A stretch of DNA of 64,000 nt. Origin: Phoronis australis. Lineage: Eukaryota > Animalia > Phoronida. Positions 51,414 through 64,000 of this stretch are shown here, piece by piece; position 1 is the first letter of the stretch; the number at the start of each line of letters is the position of its first letter. Where the stretch lies: positions 163,778 to 227,777 of the forward strand of contig NMRA01000334.1 in NCBI GenBank assembly GCA_002633005.1. The letters run 5' to 3'. Below the pieces are notes generated by a model. That model worked only from the letters and a program-made list of their open reading frames with translations. It ran no database searches and was not told where the DNA came from. Position numbers and translations under genes: made by a program.

Positions 51414-51686
51414 ATTTGCCTGGCTGCTTTCTCGATACGCATCATGATAAAGATTTTATCCATGGGCCATATCGTAGCCCTATCAATTCTCAAACGACCT
51501 GTATTCAAAGATGTGAGATGAAGGGCTATTGGTACGCTGCAGTTCAATGGGGCGTAACATGCTGGTGTGGTAATAGTTACGGACGGCACGGACGGGTACC
51601 GGATGAAGAATGCAGCTTTTTGTGTCCGGGAAACAGCTCCCAACGGTGCGGAGGAGGGCTGAGAAACTGGGTTATGGTCACTAAAG
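51414..51686 (+). CDS. WSC (carbohydrate-binding) domain exon, symmetrical phase 1-1
   Basis: ttgcactttttAG / GTacct, 273 nt. GCFLD...TCIQRCEMKGYWYAAVQWGVTCWCGNSYGRHGRVPDEECSFLCPGNSSQRCGG has the full 8-Cys WSC pattern. Confidence 0.9.
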
Positions 51687-53355
51687 GTACCTTTAATACA
51701 CTTGACTTGGTAACAGAAGCAGTATTTCTAGAACTTGGATAGCAGTCCCGCTAGCTTGCTGCTCACTGCTGTTGCTGGAGTAGTTTTCGCTATGGCCTCT
51801 GTTGCAGATTGCAAATTGCCTGATGCTCTTTGAGATACTCCCAGTGGCACTCAGGGCACACGACTGGGACCAGTACATTGATCACCTGATCATGACTAGT
51901 GAAGACCCCGAGCATAGGGTGATGAGTTTCAGACGGTATGTTTTTTTCGCAAGAATTTGGAAGCACGGGTAAACCTGTGTGATATTGCGACTTCCGCTAT
52001 GCAGGTAATGTGTCGATCGAGTTAACAGCAACCTGTCAAGTCTTTAGTAATGGTAAGCGTCACTCCGTTCGTGCATCAGGCCTGAGTGCGCAACTGCCGC
52101 TACATGCATACAAAGTAAATGCGATTCGTTCAAAATTTCTAGATGCCGTAGCGCAAATCGTCATCATTTTGCGATTAAAACGTATCTTCGTGAAATTTTC
52201 GCATTCTTGATGTGGTTTCTTCGCTCAACTTTTCTTATATATCTCATGATTTTGACCAACTTTCGACAATGTATAATTACAAAGTGTCGTGATGTAACGC
52301 AGATCAGCTGCGTTTTGCGATTCGGCCTCAATTTTCGTATGACCTGCTTTTCCCTTTCTTATAGAGAATCTCTGCAAGCAACACCTTCGATGTTGTTATG
52401 GAGTTTCGTAGAGTATATAGAAAATCCTACACGAGTCTCAGTTTTATCACATGGGCAAAACCTCTTGGAAATTTTGTCAAAATCCCGAGGCCTGTCGAGG
52501 AATTTTGACAAAATGTTTGAATGTCCTTCCGACTAGGAACACGTACATGTACAGTTGCGACCGCCAATTCGTCAACCATAATCTTGACACCTTTCCGGAT
52601 TGCATGACTGGGGTTGCTTGATTGGGGCGCGTTTAGTGTTTTGCAGACGGTAAAATGTTAGGTGTAAGATTTCTACTTCGCACTACTTTTTGATTTGCCC
52701 ACGTAATATAAAAAATACGTACTCGATGTTATTAACCAATCGTGTCGTAACACATTCCAGGTCATGTGACAAATTGCGTACCTGAATTAGAAACCCTTCA
52801 TGAATTCCACAGTGAGACTGGTGCAACAAAGCACGACATATATCAACCGAAGAAAAAACACTAAGGCGTGCACCATTCTGGCCACGAAAAATGTAAAAGA
52901 CATGTTTACGTGCTGTGTACTCAAATATTGGGACAGAAGTTTTTTCTGGCATGGTGAAATATTAAAGAAGGCCAAACACAATTGAATTCCAAAACATTTC
53001 ATGAAATTTACATTCAATAGAACTGTATCAAGTTACCCTTCTGTGTACAAATCCACCTTCCACCAGATATATACCCGTAGTGGTGTAAAAATAGAATCAA
53101 ATTGTTCCTCGGTCAAATTTGAAGTAACTTTGAAAGAACTGGTTCATTGAGACCAAGCTCTACAGTTTGGCTTATCACTGCGTGTCATTTTATGCACCTT
53201 GCATTTTCTCAAGGAATATTGTACTCTCTGTTCTACGCGAACCTGGAAATCCCTTCCCATCTTAGGCAAGAAAAAGTTGAAATCAAAAAATACTAGTAGA
53301 CGGAACGAGGGCTAATAGGCGCTTAATATAATCGTCAACCGTTCTCTCATTCTAG

Positions 53356-53608
53356 TGGCACCACAGTATTTGCAAAATCAAGAGGAGTTAGACAGAACCC
53401 TGGCAGAAACTGGTGGAGCCCAGCTATTCAAGTTAAGAACACGGACTTGGTTTGACATTGTATCCGCCATCCCTATGGATGTTAAAGTTATTCTTCAGAC
53501 TGAAACTATTCGATACACGATAACATGCATTTTGTTGTGCAGAAAGGACATCTTTTGTGTGCACGTGATTCATCTGCCTGAGGGAAAGTGTATTTTATTA
53601 CGAAATAA
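53356..53608 (+). CDS. WSC gene exon 3, Cys-patterned module (possibly PAN/apple-like)
   Basis: ttctctcattctAG / GTgagt. The phase-1 start continues the WSC frame: VAPQYLQNQEELDRTLAETGGAQLFKLRTRTW...TCILLCRKDIFCVHVIHLPEGKCILLRN. The 5' part is conserved in the duplicate at 62752. Confidence 0.65.
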
Positions 53609-53734
53609 GTGAGTTGTTCCTTAGAAACACGACACGCGATGTGTTACTTAAAACGCCGAACTTCCTCTTGAGGATGACGGTGACGTCAATAGAATCCTAT
53701 AAATTAGTTGCTAGGCGACGCACTATTTGTGTAG

Positions 53735-53891
53735 TCCTACTGTGATGTTGTTATTGGTATCCGATGTAAATTTTCTGCAGCTTGGCCCTAGTTGTATGAA
53801 TGCTGTAGCTTGGAATGTATGGCATCGATTCAGGCAAGAACCTATCTTTGAACGCAGCACAGGTGTTATTTCAATTAATATAATCCAGTAA
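53735..53891 (+). CDS. WSC gene, candidate terminal exon
   Basis: ctatttgtgtAG acceptor in phase 2, open for 51 codons (PTVMLLLVSDVNFLQLGPSCMNAVAWNVWHRF...NIIQ-stop), giving a 248-aa protein. An alternative acceptor at 53779-53780 would end NLALVV-stop. Confidence 0.45.
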
Positions 53892-53952
53892 TCGAAGGCA
53901 ATGAAACACGAACGAAATGTAAAAAAGTTGAACATCCTTTCAATGCACATGC

Positions 53953-53968
53953 TCTCTGTCTGTATGTC

Positions 53969-54013
<45 letters not shown>

Positions 54014-54032
54014 CTCTCTCTCGCGAGAGAGA
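53953..54032. repeat. (CT)n/(GA)n microsatellite
   Basis: Direct reading. A second (CT)n tract lies at about 54268-54309. Confidence 0.9.
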
Positions 54033-54275
54033 GTTCCTGGCGTGTCTGTCGTTTTCAGCGTTAATTCGCTTTGTTTTCTTAAGTATGTTTTTTTTTCTCC
54101 TCCTGTTTTTAGCTTCCTCATCTATTCCTACTGATTTTTGTATTTCCATTTATTTAATTTTTGTACATGGGACCTTCTTACTAGCGGTCGAAAACCTTTA
54201 GAAGGACTCCTAATTGAAATCCCAATTATTTAATTATTGTACTATGTGTTAATGTAAATAAAAGAGTTTCTCCCT

Positions 54276-54308
<33 letters not shown>

Positions 54309-54309
54309 C
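54033..54309 (+). mobile_element. 5'-truncated LINE copy (3'UTR only, AATAAA + (CT)n tail)
   Basis: Near-perfect reverse complement of 54313-54545, the 3' end of the adjacent LINE. Ends aatgtaAATAAAagag followed by (CT)n. Confidence 0.8.
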
Positions 54310-56130
54310 GAGACTCTTTTATTTACATTAACACATAGTACAATAATTAAATAATTGGGATTTCAATTAGGAGTCCTTCTAAAGGTTTTCGACCGCTAAT
54401 AAGAAGGTCCCATGTACAAAAATTAAATAAATGGAAATGCAAACATCAGTAGGAATAGATGAGGAAGCCAAAAACAGGAGGAGAAAAAAACATACTTAAG
54501 AAAACAAAGCGAATTAACGCTGAAAACGACAGACACGCCAGGAACCAAGAAATGAATTGGCACAGCTCGACTGGAAATATGACAGATTGGATCGTAGTTG
54601 CTAATTATAAAATTGGTTAAGGACCTGGAGAATGCTTGTAAAGAATGTGTTTTTATTATATTTTGAACAGAGACTGGTATTTCGTTGTTGTTTATAAGAC
54701 GAGGAATTTCAAATCTAATATAGGCTCTTGACAATTTGTTGGTTGGAGGAATTAAAATTTGGGTTGTATTGTTGCAATAGCAGCTGAGTATTGATTCAGG
54801 TATGCAGGAGTTTTAATGTGTCTGGTTGGTTTACATTGGATGGGTTTACTAAAAATTTGTTAGTGTAAAATGCTTAGGAAGCTGATTATTGGGGAATTTG
54901 TAGTAAAATTTTGCAGTTGAGATTTTAAAGATGTCGTGAAATAAAGAGGCGAAGTTCCTTACATATAGGCAGAGTGTGAGCATTATAACTGGAATTTGAA
55001 ATATTCCGAAGGATTCTCTTCTGGGCTATCTGGAGTTTCTTAGAGTTGCCAAAACCCCAAGTTGCAATGTCGTAATTAAATGTGGAAGGACAAGTGAATT
55101 ATATATCAACTTGAGAACTGGGAGAGGAAGATAAGATTTCAATTTATACATGAATCCATCAAGATTGTTAAGTTTGTTTGAGATGAGGTTTAACAGGGGG
55201 GACTATGAGAGGTTTTTGTCAACGGTAATACCAAGGAAAGGAAAACTGTCCACATGACATATTGTTTAAAATTTGCTATTTATATAAATGGTGAGAATAA
55301 TACATTTTTTCAATTTTCTTTTGGGGTTATTGAAAGATCATTAATTTACTTCTTGGTTTTCTTAATTGAAAGTTTGTTCGCAGAAAACCAGACTGGAATA
55401 AGGTTAACGTTGTTGTTGATGGTGGCTGATTGCTTTAAAGTGTGTTGGGAAGATTCAGTCAGCATAAAAAAGTGTACCCATGGAAGAAGAACACGAAAGA
55501 TAGTTTATGTAAAGTAAGAAGAGAAGCAGGCCAAGGACAGAGCCTTGGAGAACTCCGGTAGATATTGGTAAGCAACTGGAGGTTGTATCTCTCAGTGAAA
55601 CGTATTGGGTGCGGTTTGAGAGACAATTTTAAACAGTGTATATTCAACTCCAGTAATATCATAGTGATTCATCTTTTGTAAGAGTACTTTGTGGTCTATT
55701 GTGTCGAAAGCTTTAGAGAGATCGAGACCGATTACCAGAGGATTCATGTCATTATCAAGATGGAAACAAATGAGGTCTAAAAGTTCAAGCGAAAGAAGTT
55801 CTGTAGAGTGACAATTCCTGAAGCCATATTGATGTTTATAAAGAATACAATTTTCATTTAGGAAAGTTGAAAGTTGTGTACGGATAATTTTTCTATATAT
55901 TTTTTAGATCTTATTGGAGTATAGTATTGGGTCTGTAAATGTCCGGGTGCTCTGGGTCCAAGCCATGTTGTTTAAAAACTGGGATCACCTTAGCAATCTT
56001 GAGAGCATCTGTAGCAGTATGCAAGCATTGGTTGATGATGGTCGTGACCTAATACACTTTATCAGAGAAAAGTATTGTAAAAAGTGTGTTGGCGTATTCC
56101 AATATTCCAGATCATTTTAAATTCAGTAAA
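54310..56130 (-). mobile_element. Degraded non-LTR retrotransposon (L2/Crack/CR1-group RT, 5'-truncated)
   Basis: Minus-strand motifs HQYGFR (~55820), LDLSKAFDTIDH (~55710), STGVLQGSVLGLLLFLLYIN (~55530), FYAD (~55460), C-terminal 'IRFEIPRLINN...HSLQAFS...YDPICHI'. Many stops and frameshifts. Confidence 0.9.
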
Positions 56131-57018
56131 AGAACTTTGTTATAGAAAGGATCTCATGATTAAAGGGCAGCTACTATTTGTAATTATGAAGTGGTGAACG
56201 TAAGATCAAATTCTGTTTCAAGTCTTAAGTCATGTTTCAGAAACAGACCCTAGGTCTAGCAAATGACATGCGCCTCAGACTACGTTGCATAATGACTGTC
56301 CCTGTTCGTCAGGTATTCTGTAGAATGTCGTCCAATGTAAACAATAATGTCAATAATATGATTCAAAATATGGAGCTATAACAGCTAACGCCAATGTTCT
56401 GCAATGGGATTGTGACATAAACATAATTAGAACCATGGTTGAGGCTCCAGGCTCCATGTTTCAAGAAAAAAACAAACGAAATCATGGAAATTGCGTTAAA
56501 GCACGATTTCAGTTGATAAAGACACGCAAGCCTGGACTGAATCAAAAATAGATCGGCAGGTTTCAGATTCTGAATTCGTTAGAGTGGTTTGGCGAATCGA
56601 GAGACGGATGACAAAAACGTACTGAAAAAAGATTAAAATGATCACCAGGTGGCGCAGACGTCAAATCTGTCCTGAAAATGTAAAGGTGTCGTTGTCGCCT
56701 TAATTGAAGACTATTTTACTTATTACACAGAGGTAAACATAACTACGTAAAACGACAAATGAACCAATGATTAAAGTTCCGCAATTGGTATTGAGTTGTC
56801 GTTAAGAAATGAATAAATTTTTGAACAAATATACGCTTAAAAAATCTCGACACTGGTATTCGCATTTTCTGTGCAAATCACCCACAAGCAACAAAAATAG
56901 TTCTTTAATCTATCAAGACTACAATTCACTAATTAGAGGAATATGTCTTCACCAACTCAAAAAGCGATGAGCGCCATCTTGCGGCTCGTTTACGTCTTTG
57001 AAGAGTACAAAATCGCCA

Positions 57019-57068
57019 GTAATAATAACAACAATAATAATAATAATAATAACAACAATAACAATCAC

Positions 57069-57113
<45 letters not shown>

Positions 57114-57177
57114 CACAATCGTAATAATAATAATAATAATTATAACAATCACAATCATAATAATAATAATAATAATA
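57019..57177. repeat. (AAT)n microsatellite, probably the tail of the adjacent LINE fragment
   Basis: About 50 AAT/AAC/CAC-interrupted triplets, which produce the spurious poly-N/I/Y ORFs. Confidence 0.95.
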
Positions 57178-57715
57178 TATAATTGTATTTGTTGAGGATA
57201 ACATGCAATAAATGTTAAAACATGCTTTAGCCAAAGGCTAATACAGATATACAGCATGGTCCTGTACAGCAAAAAATAAAATAATTTAAGATAGATAAAT
57301 AGACTAAATTAAGTTACATTAATATAAATGAGTATTTTACACACTGAATTTACAAACTGAATTACTAAATTGATTAAATAAATTAATTAAATAAATTAAA
57401 ACTTTAAAACTTTCATATGGTATATACAATGAAGTGACTAAGGGAGGGGCCGCTATGATGACCACATCCACAGGTAAGGGATCAATTTGTGTCTGATGTT
57501 ATCATAACCATCACCCTCCTTTAGACTATTTGGCAAGTCGTTCCACTGTTGAATGGTCTGAATAAAAAGGACTTATAGTAAAACCAAGTTCTGTGTCTAG
57601 GCATAGCAAAATTGTTTGTGAAAGAAAATCTTGTCCGGATTTGGTGGCTACGAGATAAATAAGTTGGAACATTATCGTGGAAACACTTATGCATCATACA
57701 CAAGCGCAACTATTA
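57178..57715 (-). mobile_element. 3' fragment of a second CR1/L2-like LINE
   Basis: ORF 57521-57709 'CMMHKCFHDNVPTYLS...FAMPRHRTWFYYKSFLF' resembles ORF2 C-termini. An AT-rich UTR and (ATT)n tail follow. Confidence 0.55.
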
Positions 57716-57754
57716 TTAAAATAACTATCATTAAAATCATTAAAATCTCTTGGT

Positions 57755-59147
57755 CTATTTACACCGACCCCTAGTCACGACGTTTCGGTCGGTCTCTTCT
57801 CCGGCCAGTGTGTCTGAGCTGCGGTATAATATTCTTATTTTGAATTCTCTACATATGCGTCCTAACTTCTCGGTTATTCCGGGTATATACGGTAAGCACA
57901 TAGTCTGCAGTGGGCGTTCTTCTGCCACTTTGTCTTTCCTCTGCGATGTTAAAGCCGGCTTGATGAAATCCCTTGGGTAGCCATTTCTTTCGAATGTCCC
58001 CGTCAGGTTGGTCATTTCTGCTTGGAGTGTTGCATCACAGCAGATTTCCTTTGATCTTGATGCAAGGCATTTGATTATACCCTTCTTGACTCCTTTGGTG
58101 TGGTTGGAGTTGAAGTCAAGGTATCGTCCTGTATGGGTCTTCTTATAGTAGACTGAAGTTGTTAACTGTCCTTGACGAGTCAATAGTACGTCTAAAATGG
58201 GAGACTGTTGTTTGTCTCTTCTTCCATTGTGAATCTAATTGTAGGCGCTATGTTGTTCAGATGGTCAAGGAACTCTGATGGATTCTCTGAGTCTTGGCTG
58301 AATATTGTGAATGTGTCATCAACGTATTGTTTCTTCGGGGTCTGCTAGCTGAGCTGAGATCTGTTTGTTCGAACCACTCCATGTACAAGTGAGCTAAGAC
58401 TGGTGATAGTGGTGAACCCATTGCCAATCCTTGTGTTTGCTCGCAGAACGTGTCTCGGTATTGGAAGTAGGTGGTATTGACACAGAATGTCACTAATTCC
58501 AGAATGGAGCCCATTGGGAGGTTTACATCCACTGATGGCTTGTGGTCATGTTATAACTTTGACCTGAGTAATGGGAGAACTTGTGCTGTTGGTACACATG
58601 TGAATAGGCTTTCGACATCAAAGCTCACCATGGTGTCATTTGGTGTAATGCTGACTGATGACAACATTGACCCGAAGTGCTTCGAGTCCTTTACGTACGA
58701 GTGAGTTTTTCCAACTAGTGGGGATAAGATATTGTTGAGGAATCTAGCTAGTTGGTGGCAGGGAGAACCAATGTTGCTTAAAATTGGTCTTATCGGCATA
58801 TCAGGTTTGTGTATCTTAGGTTTACCATACATGTGCGGGGCTTTTGTGTTGTTTGGGTTGATTCTCTGGAGTGTGTCACGTGGTAATGAACCTTCTACAG
58901 TTTTCAGGAGGGATTTGATTTTTCTTGTTACGCTCTTGGTCTTGTCAGATTGTACTTCCTTGCACTGTCCGCTAGATAGTAGATCAGTCATTTTCCTGTT
59001 GTAGTCATCCTTATCATGTGCTACTGTTGCATTGCTTTTGGCAGCTTGTAGGATGATGATGTTTTCATTCCGGGATAGGCTACATAGGACCATGTCATCA
59101 CACTTGTTAAAGTTGTTCCTTGCTAACCTACACAGGCGAAATCGCAA
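57755..59147 (-). mobile_element. Degraded Penelope-like element reverse transcriptase (no GIY-YIG seen)
   Basis: MYGKPKIHKPDMPIRPI, MVSFDVESLFTCVP, QTQGLAMGSPLSPVLAHLYMEWFE, YVDDTF (shifted frame, ~58315), VYYKKTHTGRYLDFNSNH, NGYP, LPYIPGITEKL. Split over three ORFs. Confidence 0.92.
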
Positions 59148-61109
59148 GTTTTAGCACTGATGACCTTCCTTTATCCATGTCGTGCAGTCTCATGATTCTT
59201 TCATCTCTCACGGGCGGCAAATTACCTGCGTTCAATCCGCTTGATATTGTTCTTCGTGAAATTGTAAAGAACTTTTGATATATATATTTGAAACGTAAAA
59301 ACAGAGTTATATAACAAAATACGCAATACTTTTTTCAGAATTGAGAGTTGGAAATATCACCGCCACCCAACTGGATGAGAAGTTTGTTTAAAATTGTAGA
59401 GAATATTTTTATTTTTTGTCTTAAATCGAAAAGTGGGTCGATCTTATCGGTCAATGGAAGTGTTGAAAATCAGCAAGTGGAGACATCAGCAAACATAAAT
59501 GTTCGTTTTCTAGTTCTTGATCATCTTGATTGTTGAACAGTCATCATAGATTATTGAACGGGCGTAGCCTTTACAATGACAAGTCCTGCTTACAAATTAA
59601 AATAAATTTTTGATAATAAATTAATTGGATTTTGTTCCGGATTCTATGAGTCGCGATCTCCTTATCAATTAGTACATTAAAATCCCAAAGGGCAGAATAC
59701 AGAGAGACGCAGAAATTGTCTGATTCGAGTAGACTATTATTCGAATTGTGCACGCCTTTGACATTTTTAGGGTTTACGAGTTGTGGAAAATCCAGAACTC
59801 AGTTCTGTCGATGTAAGAATCTCGCGAATGAAGCTATAATATTATTATTGATTTATTACAGTGACATAACGATGACAATAAATACAATCTCAAAGACAGA
59901 ATATTCTTTACACCCCCAGCCTCAATGGGCTTACTCAGTCACATAATAACAATTAAACCATGACATAACATATTGCACACACTCAAATATGACCACTTCA
60001 GACTAGTTTTTACAAACACGACAAATCCGTTCATTCACAGTACCGCCCACCTCAACTTCTAATGGTAGAATACCTGCTCTCAATTTTGAACTTAACCAAT
60101 TGTAGTAGTTCCGATGTTTAAGGTCTCATAAAAAGACTTTTTGAAATTCCGCTTTCTTCCATTAGAACCGAACGTTTCCAGAGCCTTATATATATATGTA
60201 GTGTGATCAATTGTTTCGATGTTGTAATACACGATGATATATCTGAAAGTCTTCCCTGATCTTGCGTTTTCGCGATGCGTCTAATTAATGTACGCCACCT
60301 TTAGGCTGAAAAAGATTGTACGTTTTATGTGTTTCCATTGGTTGCATGGTTTCATACATTTTATTTATCATTGCATTCGAGGCCAGTGGCTCACAGTACA
60401 ATAACAACATTCTTGTACAGGATATACAAGCACATCGACGAATCGATAGGTAGAAGCATTTTGCCCTGATATTTGTCTACCTCTCAACCGTCTCTGCTCT
60501 GGATGTCCGGCATAAGTCTCACTATGAGACGTATCCGTCTAGTAGTAAAGATGTCAACGTTCACACTCAACCCTTTTCCCCAATGCTAAGAGGGGTGGCG
60601 CTGTGAGGGGCTGTATCTTGGCATCACTTCATCATACCCTCCCGATTCCTTACCAGTTCCATTAATTGGCCATCTGTTTCGTACTTGGGCGGTCGCACAC
60701 AGGCCCCTGTACCTTGCAGATACGTTCGACAAATAGTCCCACAGCCATTTCCGGTTTTGCATTTGTTTCAATCCAAAGTCGACTAAAGATTGTCTTCTCT
60801 TCTGATTCGTCGGAATCAAACATAGCACAAGTCTAACCAGTCAAACAAAACCCACTAGAATTTGAACATTTTGTAATATACAGCCCTGTATGCTATTGCA
60901 ATGACCATGGTGTAAATACAAGTTCTTAACTAAAACGAAGAGGTAGTAGTATACTCAAAATTGGCAGTATACCAATTCTATGGTAAGTCAAATATTCTCA
61001 TTTGACAAAAGAAAACGTTAAGTCAATTTTTGCTAAAATGATATAACTGAACCTTTTATTGAATTTTTGCAATTGGTATTGAGTTGAGCAATAGATTAAA
61101 TTTGATTAA

Positions 61110-62873
61110 ACATATAGACATTCAAAAGGCATGTTCGTGTGAGCTATTCGTGACGGTCATATTACTTGGAATTTCATTTTGTTGCCTTTAGCCTACTTGC
61201 TAGTGAACAATGGTTTTCACGCACCCTGTAAGCCTACCTGAGTGTAATCAAAATTTCAAGCACCCTGCAGCAGCATCACATGTACATGAAATTAACAAAT
61301 TTCATTTGTTCAATTGACAACGGAGATGGATAAAGGAACATACTTATCACTGGCGTACCAGGTCTTGGCTTGGAGTTTAGTTGCCTGTGGTAAGTTGAAA
61401 GCGGAATCATGCGTGCATATCTTGGACTTAAACTCTTATGTTCTGTCATAGACCCAGGTGTCTAGTTTTTAGCAGAATATCTTGCTTTTCAATTCATTCA
61501 ATCCTTTTTATCCTCGAATGTTGACAACTATGCAGCAATATCTCCCCTGTTATGGATATTGTTATGTTAGCAACTTAAGAATAGTAAAAAGGTGTTCAAA
61601 TGCTTTTCGTTCGTCGTAACTCACATTGCATGTATCAGTATCACTAAATTTTTACTTTCTGAAGAAATTTGTTTTTTATAAATTTCTATGTAGTCCTACG
61701 CTCCAACAATGTAAGGAATGTATTTCAATTATAGATGTTTCGCCCTATTTATATACCAACAATCTCTTATAGCTGCAAATTCTGGATAGTAATTGGAATA
61801 ATTCATTTGATCAATTTTTTGGGTCACTGCATCTTGAAATTTAATTGAAGAACATATTTGTATCACATGCACCAAAGGTCCATTTGATAAAAAAGATGAA
61901 TGAATGCCTGGATAAATTCTTCTGAGCAACTGCAAGTAACCCATATTCTAAAATGTTTGTCTTTATCCAGTAACAATCTTTGTAATCGTTGAAACTAATT
62001 CCTTGTTGGTTTAATTAATCATTTATATAACATTTCTGGTTCATTAATTTTTGATGTTACTATTGCACCCGAAATAATTTGATATGAAAATTTAGGTAAT
62101 TTACTAATTAGATAATTGATCAATTAAATAGTACAAGAAGGGTTCACTGTTGTACTCTGCTACATATGCCTTTACACCTGGCTAACAAAATATAATTCAG
62201 AATTGAATAGATTGCGTGTATCAATCCGGTCACGAAGAACGTGAAAACATGTTCGAGAACACTGTACTCAAATATTCTGTATAGCCAGTTTAAAATGAGT
62301 TGATGACGCTGCGGGTAGATTTTGAACAGATTTTTCTGGCATCGTGCAATTCAAAAAGGCCAACGACAATTAAATTTCAAAACGTTTCATAAAATTTACA
62401 TATAACAGATCTGTATCAAGTTACCCTCGTGTGTACAAAATCTCTTTCACCACATAATCTAAACTTGGATTTAGACCGTTACCGTTATGGAATTTGAATC
62501 AAAATTTTCCTCAGTCAAGTTTTAAGTAACTTCGAAAGAAGTGACTGCTTGAGACTAGGCACCGCAGTTTGGCTTGTGACGGCGTGTCATTTTATGCACC
62601 GTGGATTGTCTCAAGGAATACCAGACTGCCCGTTCTATGCAAACCTAGAAATCCCTTCCCATCTGAGTCAAGAATAAGTTGAAATCAAAAGTTAGACGGA
62701 ACAAGGGCTAATAGGCGCTTATCATAATCGTCAAATGTTCTCTAATTCGAGTAGCGCCACTGTGTTTGCAACGTCAAGAAGAGTTAGACAGAACCCTGAC
62801 AGAAACTGATGGAGCCCAACTGTTCATGTATACAATACCTTTATCACTTGTAAACAATACCTATATCATGTAA
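61110..62873 (+). pseudogene. Truncated tandem duplicate of the secreted WSC gene, lacking the WSC exon
   Basis: Signal exon 61326-61389 (MDKGTYLSLAYQVLAWSLVAC|GTaagt) with its acceptor mutated cag>caa. Intron blocks are collinear with 50380-51236 and 52867-53355. The exon-3 homolog starts at 62752 and is cut off near 62827 by a minisatellite. Confidence 0.7.
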
Positions 62874-62935
62874 ACAATACCTATATCACAAGTAAACAAT
62901 ACCGACATCACTTGTAAACAATATCTTTATCACAC
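62830..62935. repeat. ~21-bp minisatellite, about 5 copies
   Basis: Unit acaatacct(t/a)tatcacttgtaa. Confidence 0.85.
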
Positions 62936-63370
62936 AATCAAAAAACTGGTCAAGAAATGAAGAAGTGGCAAAGAAACTATCATCTGCTTAAGCTGGAGTT
63001 GGAAAGGAACAAAAATGAATTACAATTGGCTGAGACGGAATAAAAAACAAGCATAAATTTTAAACCAGTTTTAACCGATTAAGGTCATGTGATTTATTAT
63101 TGTTGGTTATTGGAAAGTTTATGTCATATATTTGTGTAGATTATTGGGGACAAATAAAACAACAAGAATAATATATATTTTAAGTAACAATGGGAATTTC
63201 AGGGTCACAGCTCTACAAATAAATATTTCACAGAAGGAGCCAGATGGGTTCCTTAATTACAAAAGATAATACACACATTTCCGATACCCAAAGTGTACTT
63301 GAGTATCGGACACTAAGTGGCACAGATTAGCATAGTTCCAATGGGTACATAATACCAAATGGGTATTGTC

Positions 63371-64000
63371 CAGGGCCGTAGGAAGCGGGGGGGCCGGGGG
63401 GGCCCGTGCCCCCCAAAAATTTTCAGCGTAGAAGCTTCTGCAACATTGTATTTTGATTTGAAGAACAGTTTTCTCAGACTTATAACGAAATTGAAGAATC
63501 TGACTTAGTTATCAGAAAAACACCATAAAACGTGTGGATCAGGCAGCTGTTATTTCGCCAAAGAATCGTTTCCCAAGACTGCAGAACAAGACTTCAAGTT
63601 GATGTTTGGCGTCGTCGGCAAAGTGAAGACCTCACGTGTGTCCGGTAAGTGTTACAATATATCCAGCAGTAGCGCGTGCAGTTCTAAGTTTGAACTTTGG
63701 TGTTCAGTGCATTATTCGAGATGTCGACCACAATGGAGGTAATTGAGTTTTCTAACGTTGTGGAGTTGTTTTTACTGTTCATTGTGATTGTCGCATGCAC
63801 GTTATAGCAGGAAACTAGAGTAAATTTCGATCAGTGGTCACAAATTCTGTATTTTACAGGGCCTTGGAGAACTCGTGGCGTCGATTGGATACGACTCGCA
63901 GAAAGCTGGAAGTCTATACGACACATACAGTAACCTTGTAACACAAGCTGTTGAATCCCCTCTTTCTACATCTAGTTTGTTGGAAAATGCTCTGATCGAC
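63371..64000. mobile_element. Left end of a probable hAT-like DNA transposon running off the window
   Basis: CAGGGCCGTAGG followed by G-runs and gcccccca, a typical terminus pattern. The matching right TIR is not in the window. Confidence 0.4.

Noticed and set aside
53723-54149. RE/SL dipeptide-repeat ORFs
   Set aside because: Translations of (CT)n plus LINE 3'UTR.
56929-57272. Poly-Asn, poly-Ile and poly-Tyr ORFs
   Set aside because: Translations of the (AAT)n microsatellite.

Overview
AT-rich metazoan (invertebrate-like) genomic DNA with spliceosomal introns. Five protein-coding genes plus a decayed duplicate can be assembled by hand. (1) The 3' six exons of a divergent SNX5/6-type SNX-BAR gene (+, 83-12600). 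(2) An intronless 582-aa single-pass membrane protein of unknown family, nested antisense in the 8.4-kb SNX intron (-, 4800-6548). (3) A complete five-coding-exon IMMP2L (-, 40542-16128, 182 aa). (4) An intronless LRRN-family LRR-Ig-FN3-TM receptor (+, 33638-35755), nested antisense in the IMMP2L intron that corresponds to the one holding LRRN3 in humans. (5) A small secreted WSC-domain protein (+, 47937-53891, about 248 aa), with a truncated tandem copy that has lost the WSC exon (61-62.9 kb). The two host genes converge tail-to-tail and each carries an antisense single-exon membrane-protein gene. The 41-64 kb part is rich in local duplications and TE relics: an L2/Crack-like LINE forming a fold-back, a Penelope-like RT, and MITEs. 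Two duplications at single-N gaps look like assembly artefacts. All homology calls are from recall of protein families, not database searches.
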